Source of the DNA: Candidatus Woesearchaeota archaeon
Lineage (GTDB): Archaea; Nanobdellota; Nanobdellia; Woesearchaeales; SM23-78
Assembly: GCA_016932315.1 (NCBI GenBank)
Contig: JAFGDD010000004.1
Location: forward strand, 35,457-99,456
Direction of reading: 5' to 3'
Length of the DNA: 64,000 nt
The notes under the pieces are model-generated. The model ran no database searches and was not told the DNA's origin. It saw only the letters and a program-made list of their open reading frames with translations. This document shows positions 54,576 to 63,938 of this stretch, in pieces. Each line of letters opens with the position of its first letter. The stretch's first letter is position 1. The translations under genes were made by a program, and so were the position numbers.

Positions 54576-55256
54576 TTAGAGGTTATAAAGTTTTTTAACT
54601 TTGGCTTTGTGTCTGAGGCTAAAAAGTTTAACGCCGTTTGGAAGAGTGCTTTCATCAATAAAACCTTTGAATTTGAGCTGGTTCATATAGACGCGAATAG
54701 TGCTCAAAGTCTTTCCAGTGCGTTCTGCTATCTGATTATATGACAAAGGGTTTTCTGCATTGAATAAAACCCCTACAAGCCATTTCTCTGGATTAGAGAG
54801 GGTATCATAAAAAGGCTCAGGCATTATGGCTTTAACATTATTAACATTAGAAATATTAGTTTCCTTGGGTTTTTGCCTTGTTTCATTCATAAAAACCTCG
54901 ACTTCCTTTAAAATCTCTTTTTTTATGGTCTGAGCATCCTTAATGTTCTTGGTATATGCCTCTTTGAAGAGGTTGAGAGAGGCTGTACTTAAAGCTTCAA
55001 ACTCTTCATCCAGTTTCTTCTCTAAAACCTTCAGGTCCTGATCCAACCGTCTAATTGAACCATCAAAGTGTTTTATCCAGTCAGCAATTCTTTGGTGATT
55101 AAGAAAAGTTGTCTGCTTAAAACCATGATGATTTATGTAAAGCTCTTCCAAAAGCTTTTTTTGCGACGAGAAATCTTCCCTTATCTTGGCAAATGCATCT
55201 GTTAGTCCTGAGTTCATCTGCTCGAGCCTAATTCTCTTTCTAATCCAACCCAACAT
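54576..55256 (-). CDS. Coiled-coil / winged-helix DNA-binding protein (putative transcription regulator)
   Basis: Helical N-terminal two-thirds. C-terminal HTH (SYNQIAERTGKTLSTIRVYMNQLKFKGFID). Confidence 0.45.
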   Translation of the reverse strand: MLGWIRKRIRLEQMNSGLTDAFAKIREDFSSQKKLLEELYINHHGFKQTTFLNHQRIADWIKHFDGSIRRLDQDLKVLEKKLDEEFEALSTASLNLFKEAYTKNIKDAQTIKKEILKEVEVFMNETRQKPKETNISNVNNVKAIMPEPFYDTLSNPEKWLVGVLFNAENPLSYNQIAERTGKTLSTIRVYMNQLKFKGFIDESTLPNGVKLFSLRHKAKVKKLYNL

Positions 55257-55514
55257 CCTCTTTTCCTCGTTTCCTGTTTTATTTTTTTCTTTGTGTATTT
55301 ATAAATTTTTTTAAGTCACAAAAACTACTCAAACAAAAAAAACAAGCAAAAAAAAGGTTAAAATGAGCTTTTCTCCAGTGGAAATGATGGGGTGTGCCGT
55401 GAATTAAGACTTTTCAATCTTGGTTCAACACGTTCAGAAGCCTTAAAAAAAAGGTTTTCAAAGGAAATCAAGGAGGCTTATGTTCTGAAACATAATCTTT
55501 GCAGGATAAAAGCA

Positions 55515-55560
55515 TTTATAAATAGCTTATAATTCCGTCCTTTATAAATGGTTTATAAAG
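55515..55560 (+). promoter_or_regulatory. Cluster of four TATA-like boxes upstream of tbp
   Basis: TTTATAAAT (55515), CTTATAATT (55527), TTTATAAAT (55541) and TTTATAAAG (55552). The last is about 35 nt upstream of the ATG, which is preceded by a GGGGGA Shine-Dalgarno sequence. Confidence 0.5.
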
Positions 55561-55591
55561 TTCTCGACTAAGAGGACAAAGGGGGATTCAT

Positions 55592-56299
55592 ATGGCAAAG
55601 AAGAAAGTAAAAGCAACGAAGAAAAAAATTCTCAAGAAAACAATAAAGAAAAAAATTAAGACGGCGCCTAGAATAAAAAAAGTAAAGAAAATTAGGGACG
55701 CCAAGAAGAAAAAGCTTGTAAGTAAGGCTATTAAAACTAGCCCTGAGAAATATGCTGATGCTGGCCCGAGAGATATTCGTGTAGTTAATATTGTTGTATC
55801 AACTAGTTTGGAACATGATATCCCTTTAGAAAAAATGGCTGCTACTCTAAGCAATACTGAATACAACCCAGAACAATTCCCTGGTTTGGTTATCAGGATT
55901 AAGGATCCTAAGACCTCTGCATTAATCTTTAGCTCTGGCAAGGTGGTTTGCACAGGAGCTAGGAGCATGGAAAAAGTGCATGAGAGCATTGAGAGAATTA
56001 TTGAAAGCCTGAAGAAAATAGGAATAAAGATTACTATTACACCAAAAATTAATATTCAAAATATTGTGGCGAGCGGCAACATAGGCATGGACCTGAACCT
56101 TAATGTTTTAGCCATGAAACTTGACAATACAGAGTATGAGCCAGAACAATTTCCGGGCTTAGTTTACAAACTAATGGAAGCCAAGGCAACATTCTTGTTG
56201 TTCAGCAACGGAAAGGTAGTATGCACAGGCACCAAGTCAGAGCAAGAAGTGCATGCTGCTCTGGATAAACTAGTGGAAACCCTGAAAGCAGTAAAATAA
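55592..56299 (+). CDS. tbp: TATA-box binding protein with 58-aa Lys-rich N-terminal extension
   Basis: Two direct repeats of the TBP fold (NIVVSTSLEHDIPLEKMA..EYNPEQFPGLVIRI and NIVASGNIGMDLNLNVLA..EYEPEQFPGLVYKL). The N-terminal residues MAKKKVKATKKKILKKTIKKKIK... are about 45% Lys. Confidence 0.9.
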   Translation: MAKKKVKATKKKILKKTIKKKIKTAPRIKKVKKIRDAKKKKLVSKAIKTSPEKYADAGPRDIRVVNIVVSTSLEHDIPLEKMAATLSNTEYNPEQFPGLVIRIKDPKTSALIFSSGKVVCTGARSMEKVHESIERIIESLKKIGIKITITPKINIQNIVASGNIGMDLNLNVLAMKLDNTEYEPEQFPGLVYKLMEAKATFLLFSNGKVVCTGTKSEQEVHAALDKLVETLKAVK

Positions 56300-56344
56300 C
56301 AAAAACTCGCTGCTCGCGCTCGTCCCTATCCTGAAGGGAGGATA

Positions 56345-56374
56345 TTGCGGCACTCGCTTAACCGCAAGTTTTTG
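56345..56374 (+). terminator. Hairpin followed by T-run downstream of tbp
   Basis: TTGCGG cactcgcttaa CCGCAA GTTTTTG. Confidence 0.4.
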
Positions 56375-56376
56375 AA

Positions 56377-56397
56377 TTGACAAGCTTCGCTTGTCAA
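56377..56397. promoter_or_regulatory. Perfect 9-bp inverted repeat TTGACAAGC ttc GCTTGTCAA between tbp and mcm
   Basis: Seen directly. Followed by an AT-rich stretch leading into the mcm promoter. Confidence 0.5.
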
Positions 56398-56457
56398 TAA
56401 ATTTTTATTAATTTTTTATTAGTTCGCATAATCGTAATATATTGTGGGTGGTGTTTT

Positions 56458-58473
56458 TTGGAGGTTTCAGAACAAATAAACCTGTTTTACAAGCTTATAG
56501 AATCAGAGTACTATAAGGAACTTATCAAGCAGGTGAGTAAAGGGCAAAAATTCTTGAAAATAAACTTTAATGCTTTATCAAAATATAGCCCTGAGCTTGC
56601 AGAAATGCTTCTTGAAGAGCCAGAAGAAGTGATAAAAGCAGCTGAATTAGCCATTGACAGCTTTGACATAGAAGGAGATACAAAAAACTTTAAGGTCAGG
56701 TTCTTTAACCTCCCTAAGTCCCAAAAAATTCAGATCCGCAATATCAGAAGCCAACACATTGGCAAATTCCTTGAAATACAAGGCTTGGTCAGACAAAAAA
56801 GTGATGTCAGACCTCAAGTAACGAGTGCCAGGTTTGAATGCCCTAGCTGCGGCAACATAATTAATGTTCTTCAACTAGACACTGCGTTTCGTGAACCCAG
56901 CAGGTGCAGTTGCGGAAGGCGTGGCAAGTTCAAGCTCATATCAAAAGAACTTGTTGATGCCCAAAAAATAGTTTTAGAAGAAGCACCTGAAGATTTAGAA
57001 GGAGGGGAACAACCTAAGCGACTAAGTGTTTTCTTAAAAAGCGATTTGGTAAGCCCTATAAGCGACAAGAGGACTAACCCTGGAAGCAAAATCCTGGTGA
57101 GCGGCATTATAAAGGAGATTTCTCTTGAAGAAAGAGGAATAAAAACAACCAGGTATGATTTGTTCAGCGATGCCAACTATGTGGAGCCAATTCAAGAAGA
57201 CTTCTATGAGATAACCATAACTGAAGAAGAAGAAGAAAGGATTAAAGAGCTTGCAGATGACAAAAGGGTTTTTGAAAAACTTACTGCTGTGCTGGCACCA
57301 AGCATTTACGGCCATGAAAAAGTCAAAGAAGCCATTCTGCTCCAGATGTTTGGCGGCGTAGTAAAAAAAAGAAGTAAAGGAGACATCACAAGAGGTGACA
57401 TTCACATACTCTTAGTTGGCGACCCTGGCAGTGGAAAATCTCAGTTATTAAAGAGAGTGAGCGAGGTTGCACCAAAGAGCAGGTATGTGAGCGGAAAAGG
57501 AGCCACAGGAGCCGGCCTCACAGCAACTGTTGTAAAAGACGAATTCATAAGAGGGTGGGCTTTAGAAGCAGGAGCTCTAGTTCTAACAAACAAAGGCATT
57601 TGCTGCATAGACGAGTTAGACAAGATGACGCCTGAAGACCAGAGCGCAATGCACGAAGGACTAGAGCAACAAACCATTACTATCAGCAAAGCCAATATCC
57701 AAGCAACCTTAAGGGCAGAAACCACTGTACTTGCAGCAGCCAACCCTAAGTTTGGTAGATTTGACCCTTTTGAACTGATTGCAAAACAAATAGAAATTCC
57801 AACAACCCTTCTGACTCGTTTTGACCTTATATTCCCTGTTCGCGACTTGCCTAACAAGGAAAAAGATGAGAAGATGGCTGATTTCATCCTTAAACTTCAC
57901 CAAAGCGCAGAAAAAAAAGAAACTCCCATACCTGATGATGTCATAAAAAAATATCTTTCCTATGCAAGAAGAAACATTACTCCTAAACTTACTGATGCTG
58001 CTCTTAAGGAAATCAAGGACTTCTTCGTAAGCATGCGAAATGCCAGTGAAACAGATGAGGCCATAAAGACCATACCCATCACTCCTAGACAGCTAGAAGC
58101 ACTTGTCAGATTAAGTGAGGCGAGCGCGCGAGCAGAGCTGCGAGATAAGGTAATAAAAAAGGATGCTCAACGAGCCATCGAACTAGTCCATTATTGCTTG
58201 TCACAGATAGGGTTTGATCCTGCAACAGGCAAGATTGATATAGATACTTTAACTACAGGTATTAGTGCCTCACAGAGAAGTGAAATCAGCGTGATTAGAG
58301 AACTGGTAAATGAGCTTGAGAAAGTGCTCGGAAAGGAAATACCGATTGAGGATGTGCTAAGAGAAGCAGAGATTAGAGGCATTCAAAAAGATAAAGCAGA
58401 AGAGATTATTGAGAAGTTAAAGAGAACTGGTGACTTATTCAGCCCCAGGCACGGAACCATATCTAAAATCTAG
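56458..58473 (+). CDS. mcm: MCM replicative helicase
   Basis: C4 zinc finger (CPSCGN...CSCG), Walker A GDPGSGKSQLL, Walker B CCIDELDKM, arginine finger SRFDLIF and C-terminal winged helix. 671 aa with no intein. Confidence 0.9.
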   Translation: MEVSEQINLFYKLIESEYYKELIKQVSKGQKFLKINFNALSKYSPELAEMLLEEPEEVIKAAELAIDSFDIEGDTKNFKVRFFNLPKSQKIQIRNIRSQHIGKFLEIQGLVRQKSDVRPQVTSARFECPSCGNIINVLQLDTAFREPSRCSCGRRGKFKLISKELVDAQKIVLEEAPEDLEGGEQPKRLSVFLKSDLVSPISDKRTNPGSKILVSGIIKEISLEERGIKTTRYDLFSDANYVEPIQEDFYEITITEEEEERIKELADDKRVFEKLTAVLAPSIYGHEKVKEAILLQMFGGVVKKRSKGDITRGDIHILLVGDPGSGKSQLLKRVSEVAPKSRYVSGKGATGAGLTATVVKDEFIRGWALEAGALVLTNKGICCIDELDKMTPEDQSAMHEGLEQQTITISKANIQATLRAETTVLAAANPKFGRFDPFELIAKQIEIPTTLLTRFDLIFPVRDLPNKEKDEKMADFILKLHQSAEKKETPIPDDVIKKYLSYARRNITPKLTDAALKEIKDFFVSMRNASETDEAIKTIPITPRQLEALVRLSEASARAELRDKVIKKDAQRAIELVHYCLSQIGFDPATGKIDIDTLTTGISASQRSEISVIRELVNELEKVLGKEIPIEDVLREAEIRGIQKDKAEEIIEKLKRTGDLFSPRHGTISKI

Positions 58474-58493
58474 AAAATAGAGTAAAAAACAAT

Positions 58494-59105
58494 ATGGCAC
58501 AGATAAAGAGAGAAACCGCAACAATATGCAAAGTTAATGACTTGCTTCAGGGAAGCTTTGTCAAGACAGAGGGGTGGGAACCTAGTTATTTTGAAACTGA
58601 TTTAGGAGAAATATCCAGAGTTAATGTTGTTGGTGTAGTCATCAATAAAGATTCTACAGGAAGCATCCTCCTGGATGACGGCAGTGGAAGAATCCTCCTA
58701 AGAAGCTTTGAAGGGGATAAATTTACCACAGTGGATACAGGGGATTTGGTAATGATTATAGGAAGACCTAGAGTTTACAATGAGCAAAAATATGTTCTTC
58801 CTGAGATTATAAAGAAAATTGATCCTAAATGGGGAGAATACAGACAAATACAGCTTCAAATCCTGAGAAAAAAAATAATTCCTGTAAAAAGAGAAGCAAG
58901 AATCACAATAGAAGAAGATACGCCTATTAATTATTTCCAAAAAATCATGAATTATATCAAGGATTTGGATACTGGAAGCGGAGCAGACGTTGAAGAGGTA
59001 ATAAAGCGGAGCGAAAGCCCAAAAGCTGAAGAACTAATAAGAAAGCTAATTGAAGAAGGAGAACTCTTTGAGCTCAAGCCCGGCAAATTAAAAGTATTAG
59101 AATGA
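58494..59105 (+). CDS. OB-fold plus winged-helix protein, RPA32/Stn1-like (possible replication accessory factor)
   Basis: Central OB-fold-like beta-rich segment (VNVVGVVINKD...GDLVMIIGRPRVY). C-terminal wH-like ADVEEVIKRSESPKAEELIRKLIEEGELFELKPG. Located 20 nt downstream of mcm. Confidence 0.4.
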   Translation: MAQIKRETATICKVNDLLQGSFVKTEGWEPSYFETDLGEISRVNVVGVVINKDSTGSILLDDGSGRILLRSFEGDKFTTVDTGDLVMIIGRPRVYNEQKYVLPEIIKKIDPKWGEYRQIQLQILRKKIIPVKREARITIEEDTPINYFQKIMNYIKDLDTGSGADVEEVIKRSESPKAEELIRKLIEEGELFELKPGKLKVLE

Positions 59106-59155
59106 AAAAACATAGTACTTAAACATTTAATAATTTAATATTTACGCACCTTATT

Positions 59156-60016
59156 CTAGCCAAAAACTATGGGAGTAACAAACACTTCTAGCAAAGCAGC
59201 CACGAATAACACGCCTAAGCTTAATAAAAGCAAATCCGCAGAATCAAGAAGTATGTGTTCAAATTTGGTGGAGCCAAAATCATGCCTTATAACTGCTATA
59301 CCTATTATGCCCCCTGCCAAACCACCTATGAAATAAGCCAATATTTCAGGTATTCCGTGAATAGAGTACCTTAGCAACCCTATGCTTATGATTTGAAAGT
59401 AATGAGCAACCTTGTCAAAGCCAACAAAATTAGCCACTCTTGCCAATTCACTCCTCATAAAATTGCCGATTGCTGTGCCGATAACTGAAGCATTCCATAT
59501 AAGAATGAAAATAGCTCCTGCTCCATAAACAAATGAGAATAATATGCAGAATATTAAAACCTTGACGTTGTTCAAAAATATCTTTGAGAAGAAAGCCATG
59601 TTGCCGTTAAACCCGAAATGACCTGTGATTCGGCCATTAATTGCATTAATGGTGCTTGACTGGGATTGAAAAAGAACACTCACTGTGCTGGTTGAGAGAA
59701 GAACATACCAGAAGGCGTAAGCTACTGTGGCCCCTAAAAACAAGAAAATAAAGGCCCGCAAAGCCTTAGTGTGCTCTTTTAAAAGCCATTTTTCCTCCAT
59801 CCCCTCCAAATCCTTTTCCTCCTCCATAATTATTGTATTATAAACTAAAGGAAGGGCCGCCATGGCGGTTAGAAAAACCATTACCAGGCTTGATTGAGAC
59901 TTAAAAATCCAGAGGCTAAGAAAGATGGCTACTGTACAAAAAACTACTCCTAGAAAGAACAGTCTTCCTGGTCTTTGCTCTGCTTTGAATGGGGTAACTA
60001 ACGCCTCAAGGACCAT
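59156..60016 (-). CDS. Multi-pass membrane protein (SpoIIM/DUF95-like)
   Basis: Six or seven TM helices. Weak resemblance to stage-II-sporulation-M-like archaeal membrane proteins. Confidence 0.35.
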   Translation of the reverse strand: MVLEALVTPFKAEQRPGRLFFLGVVFCTVAIFLSLWIFKSQSSLVMVFLTAMAALPLVYNTIIMEEEKDLEGMEEKWLLKEHTKALRAFIFLFLGATVAYAFWYVLLSTSTVSVLFQSQSSTINAINGRITGHFGFNGNMAFFSKIFLNNVKVLIFCILFSFVYGAGAIFILIWNASVIGTAIGNFMRSELARVANFVGFDKVAHYFQIISIGLLRYSIHGIPEILAYFIGGLAGGIIGIAVIRHDFGSTKFEHILLDSADLLLLSLGVLFVAALLEVFVTPIVFG

Positions 60017-60060
60017 GAAATAATTCTCTTATTTATTTCTTTATAAACCTTTTGGCTGAC

Positions 60061-60113
60061 ATTACATTTCATTACATTTTGAGGCCCTCTGCTAAAAAAC
60101 AAAGAGTTTATAT
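60061..60113 (+). promoter_or_regulatory. Divergent promoter region with tandem 10-mer (ATTACATTTC ATTACATTTT) and TATA box TTTATATA about 30 nt upstream of the aIF2-beta ATG
   Basis: Seen directly. The TATA centre at about 60110 and the ATG at 60140 imply a leaderless or near-leaderless mRNA. Confidence 0.4.
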
Positions 60114-60139
60114 AACCTGCTTTTTTTCTAAAAATAAAA

Positions 60140-60550
60140 ATGGATGCGTATGAGGAATTATTGGAACGAGGAAAAAATGCCCTTCCTGAGACAACTCAAC
60201 TAAGAGAACGATTTGAAGTACCTAAAATCAGAGGGCATATACAAGGTAATAAAACTGTTCTAAGTAACTTCCTCCAGATCGCAGAGCATTTTGGCAGGAG
60301 ACCAGAACACGTCTTGAAGTTCATTCTAAAGGAGTTGGCGACGCCAGGAGAGATAAAAAAGCAGTTTGTTATACTCGGAACTAAAGTTCCTGCTGGGCGC
60401 GTAAATGAAAAGATACAGCAATACGCAGATACCTTTGTTATCTGTAGGGAATGCGGAAAACCAGACAGTAAAATGACCAAAGAAGGTGATGTTTATTTTA
60501 TAAAGTGTCAAGCCTGCGGAGCTAAGTACTCTGTTTATTCAAAAATTTAA
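60140..60550 (+). CDS. eif2b: Translation initiation factor 2 beta subunit (aIF2-beta)
   Basis: Conserved central helix and C-terminal C4 zinc ribbon (CRECGKPDS...CQACG). 136 aa. Confidence 0.85.
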   Translation: MDAYEELLERGKNALPETTQLRERFEVPKIRGHIQGNKTVLSNFLQIAEHFGRRPEHVLKFILKELATPGEIKKQFVILGTKVPAGRVNEKIQQYADTFVICRECGKPDSKMTKEGDVYFIKCQACGAKYSVYSKI

Positions 60551-60557
60551 GCATCAT

Positions 60558-63500
60558 TTAAGCACTAAGCCAAGCTCCCAACATTTCCTGCCTCTCTTTT
60601 TCCTTGCCAAAAACACTTTCTACCCTTTGTTTCAAAAGCTCCAAGCTTTGGCGCATATAAACAGGCACATGATATTTCTCAGCTAATCTCATGCTGAGCT
60701 CAAGGTATTTTACCACGAAACCTTCTGAAACAGTAAATATTATCTTCCCGTTACATTCTGAACATTTGCCGTTTAAAGGCGGGCGTCTGAACTTCTCATT
60801 ACAATCAACACACCTGAACTCTTGTTGCGAAAATTTTCTTAAGTTGCCCTTTGTGTCCTTCATAAAGTGCTTATCAATTACCAGCCTCGCAACATCAGAG
60901 ACATCAACTGCCCTTATCTTCTCTGCGATCTCCATCTGACCCTTTAGCTTTTCCTCCATGCTCGGGAGCATTTTGTAGGCTGAAAGCAGGACTCCTTGGT
61001 TCATGTCATTCGTGTCGTGTGTAAAACCCATGCCTTCGTATTGTGCTGGTGTTCCTAGTAAGGGCTTGACTTGCCTGACCTTAACTTCGCCCGGGGCTTT
61101 ATACTCTTTGCAGGCTTTATAAAATTCCAAAGGATACCTCCAAGCCACATCCATATTAAACACCATATCATCTACTTCCATGGGATTAAGCAAATAAGTC
61201 AGGACGAGAGGCGCATCCATTGTGCTGCCTCTGCTCTCAGGCAAATATTTTTTTGAAAAATTAAGTAAAGCATCCATGAGCAATAGCATGCATCCCTCGT
61301 CACCGTCACAGTCGCGCCTCATAGCGGCATGAATGTATGGGTGGGCCACAAAGCCTTGAGTCTTAGAAAAGCCTATTATTCTGCATAAAATACCTGCTGA
61401 GGTGTGAGGAGCTAGCCCAATCACTAAATGACCTATAAGATCTTCCTTCGATCTAAGATTATAGTATGGTTTGAGGTCATAAAGTTTTTCCAATAATTCA
61501 TCAACAAAAGCAGCTGCTCTAAATAAAACCTCATCAGCAGGTTCTTCAGGAGCTCCTGGACTGCAAGGAAGCAGGATATCCTGCGGCTTTAACTCAAGGA
61601 TTTGCTCCTCTGATTTTAATTCTGCTCCTTTTATATCCTTTCCATATCCTAACTCTTTAAGCTTGGTCACAGAAGTGTTTATTTCCTTGGGTTTAAAATG
61701 AGTGAGAGGAATTTCTGAGCAGTCATACCTTATGGTGCCATCTTTATTAACATAAACCCTGTGCTTAGCTCTTAGTATGCCTTTACTTAAATGTTCAGGT
61801 ATGTGCTCTTTGTTGCTCGTACCTTTTACTCCTTTGATTAAGTCTGGAAATATGCTTGTGTTAAGTTTTTTTAGAATGGCATTAAGAGTTTCACCGATAT
61901 TAATAGTCATCACCTTATATGGGAGGGGCTCGTGAGGACAATCCTTGACAAGTCCGCATTCTTTACAAAAATTTAGTTTTTCAGTGGGTTTATCACACAA
62001 CTCACAAATGCTTAGCGCAGTTTCCCTTTTGCATCTTTTGCAATAGAATGGAGCAAACTGCGCTGTTATTTTTCCTTGTTCAAGCGCAGACTGAATTGAG
62101 CGGAACTTTCCTCCTTCCTTTCCCACTGGAAATAAAAGATGAGGGCTGCCTGTTAATTTTCTCATCTTTGCTTTTTCAGGCCTGCCCATCCTGGCGCCGA
62201 TAAAGGTTCCGCATTTATCCCTTATTTCAATATCAGCAAGCAAATTTATTAATTCCAAAGAGGAGGTGTTTTTTCCAGCGACCTCATACTCTTTTAACTT
62301 CTCTTTGAGATGATTTAGATGCCTAACAAGATCTCTTCTCTCTTTTGAGTCTATGTTGCCCAAAAGTGCTTTTGCAATATCTTTCTCAATTACTACAAAC
62401 TCTTTGTTAATAAGAGAATGAGGCAAGCCGATAAGCTCCAAATAGCGCTTTTCCTCGCTGAATGGAATAATGATCTTGATTATATTATCCTTATCTTCTT
62501 CTTTAACTATTTCTGCCTTGTCAGAAAGCCATTTTAATAGTTCCTGAAGCTGCTCTGGAGTGATGCTGTTCCAATAAAATATGTGGTTTGGATGCAAAGG
62601 TATTTTCAATCTCTTGCTGAGCTGGTATGCGGCATCAAAAGATATTTTTGTTGTGAGTGGCTTTTCAAATAATACACTAAGTTTTTCTTCATCAATGTCA
62701 ACGAGCTCTGAAAGCTTTTCATTAGAAAATGAACCAAACAATTCAATACATGCTTTCTCAAGTTCAAGAATCCATTCTTCAGGAACATAGCCAGCAGGCA
62801 CTAAAGGATGAGCCCTGTCAAAAAAATCTCCATAATTGATTAGAACATCCCCGAGGTAAAGTATTTCTTCAATATCATTTCTTATTTGTTTGGCTTGCTT
62901 ATCATTTTCTAAATAAACAACAGATCCATCACGAAGCTTAACGATTGGGCCGTCGACAGTATCGCAAGAGGTGAAAGCTGCTGCTTTTCCTGGGCGTTCG
63001 ACCTTTAATTGAGTGGCAATAGCTATGAAATCATTCAGTACTTGCATAGTAGCTGGGTGAATGGCTTGAGCAGAATAGCCAGACGTCCTTGCCCTTCCAT
63101 ATCTCAGTCGAAAAGCGCCATTAGATAATGGGTGACCAAAAACAGGTCTGCCTGCTACAAGGTCTGAGATAAATGTAAAGTCTGGTTTGATTTTGACAAT
63201 TCCTTTTTTCTCCTCAGACTGGGCATCCTTTTTCTGATTAAGGCTCTCCCTTGCCTTAACTGTTTTTTGTATTTTAAGGAACTCATCCAAGAATCCCCAG
63301 TGACTTAGTTCCATGTCTGCCCCCCATTTGCTGAGTTTAGACCATACTTTGGGTGCTTTTAACGGAAGACATGCACTGTAAATCAGGCAATAGCCGCTCC
63401 TTATCTTATTGGTGTTTACTCGCGGCAAGTCTTTTAGTGTAACGTTTGAAATTTCAAAGTCTTCAGAGGGGTCTCCTGATATCTCAACAGGCATGTGCGC

Positions 63501-63938
63501 AACTAAGAAATCAAGTTCTTCTTTTGAAGGAAAATACTGAAGATTAGTAACAAACTCATGATAATCAGATATTTCTGCATGAGCCCTCCTAGTCTCCTTA
63601 TCATCAGGGTCATAGGGGGCATAGCCTGTTTTTTTTCTTACATAATCTGCTATTAGTACGCACACTGCTGCAGCAGTACCTCCTGCTGCTCTCACAGGGC
63701 CTGCAAAATAAAGACAGAAATATTCCCCCTCACCATCATTTCTCTTCTTAATCTCAAGTTTTGTGAATCCTTCAAGTGGAGCAGATACTGCCCCTAAAGT
63801 TACATAAGCAAACCCCGTCCTTATTCCAACCTCCATAGCTTCTTTTTTATCATTAAATTTACAGAATTTCTCCTGAGCAATCTCCAGGGCAATTTGAAAA
63901 GCCACTCTCCAATCTAAAACACCGTATTGTTTTTCCAA
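60558..63938 (-). CDS. DNA polymerase D (Pol II) large catalytic subunit DP2
   Basis: 1126 aa. Catalytic double-psi-barrel motif RRDCDGDEGCMLLLMDALLNF and zinc-finger clusters (CKRCKRE...CELC, CKECG). Size and organisation are typical of DP2. No intein. Confidence 0.85.
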   Translation of the reverse strand: MEKQYGVLDWRVAFQIALEIAQEKFCKFNDKKEAMEVGIRTGFAYVTLGAVSAPLEGFTKLEIKKRNDGEGEYFCLYFAGPVRAAGGTAAAVCVLIADYVRKKTGYAPYDPDDKETRRAHAEISDYHEFVTNLQYFPSKEELDFLVAHMPVEISGDPSEDFEISNVTLKDLPRVNTNKIRSGYCLIYSACLPLKAPKVWSKLSKWGADMELSHWGFLDEFLKIQKTVKARESLNQKKDAQSEEKKGIVKIKPDFTFISDLVAGRPVFGHPLSNGAFRLRYGRARTSGYSAQAIHPATMQVLNDFIAIATQLKVERPGKAAAFTSCDTVDGPIVKLRDGSVVYLENDKQAKQIRNDIEEILYLGDVLINYGDFFDRAHPLVPAGYVPEEWILELEKACIELFGSFSNEKLSELVDIDEEKLSVLFEKPLTTKISFDAAYQLSKRLKIPLHPNHIFYWNSITPEQLQELLKWLSDKAEIVKEEDKDNIIKIIIPFSEEKRYLELIGLPHSLINKEFVVIEKDIAKALLGNIDSKERRDLVRHLNHLKEKLKEYEVAGKNTSSLELINLLADIEIRDKCGTFIGARMGRPEKAKMRKLTGSPHLLFPVGKEGGKFRSIQSALEQGKITAQFAPFYCKRCKRETALSICELCDKPTEKLNFCKECGLVKDCPHEPLPYKVMTINIGETLNAILKKLNTSIFPDLIKGVKGTSNKEHIPEHLSKGILRAKHRVYVNKDGTIRYDCSEIPLTHFKPKEINTSVTKLKELGYGKDIKGAELKSEEQILELKPQDILLPCSPGAPEEPADEVLFRAAAFVDELLEKLYDLKPYYNLRSKEDLIGHLVIGLAPHTSAGILCRIIGFSKTQGFVAHPYIHAAMRRDCDGDEGCMLLLMDALLNFSKKYLPESRGSTMDAPLVLTYLLNPMEVDDMVFNMDVAWRYPLEFYKACKEYKAPGEVKVRQVKPLLGTPAQYEGMGFTHDTNDMNQGVLLSAYKMLPSMEEKLKGQMEIAEKIRAVDVSDVARLVIDKHFMKDTKGNLRKFSQQEFRCVDCNEKFRRPPLNGKCSECNGKIIFTVSEGFVVKYLELSMRLAEKYHVPVYMRQSLELLKQRVESVFGKEKERQEMLGAWLSA

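Noticed and set aside
56377-56420. Replication origin (ORB elements) next to mcm
   Set aside because: There is a single palindrome only. No repeated ORB or mini-ORB boxes, no orc1/cdc6 gene and no duplex-unwinding element flanked by inverted ORBs.
56458-63938. Inteins in MCM or PolD DP2
   Set aside because: Lengths of 671 and 1126 aa are canonical. No Hint-domain-like insertion (C/S...HN) interrupts the conserved motifs.
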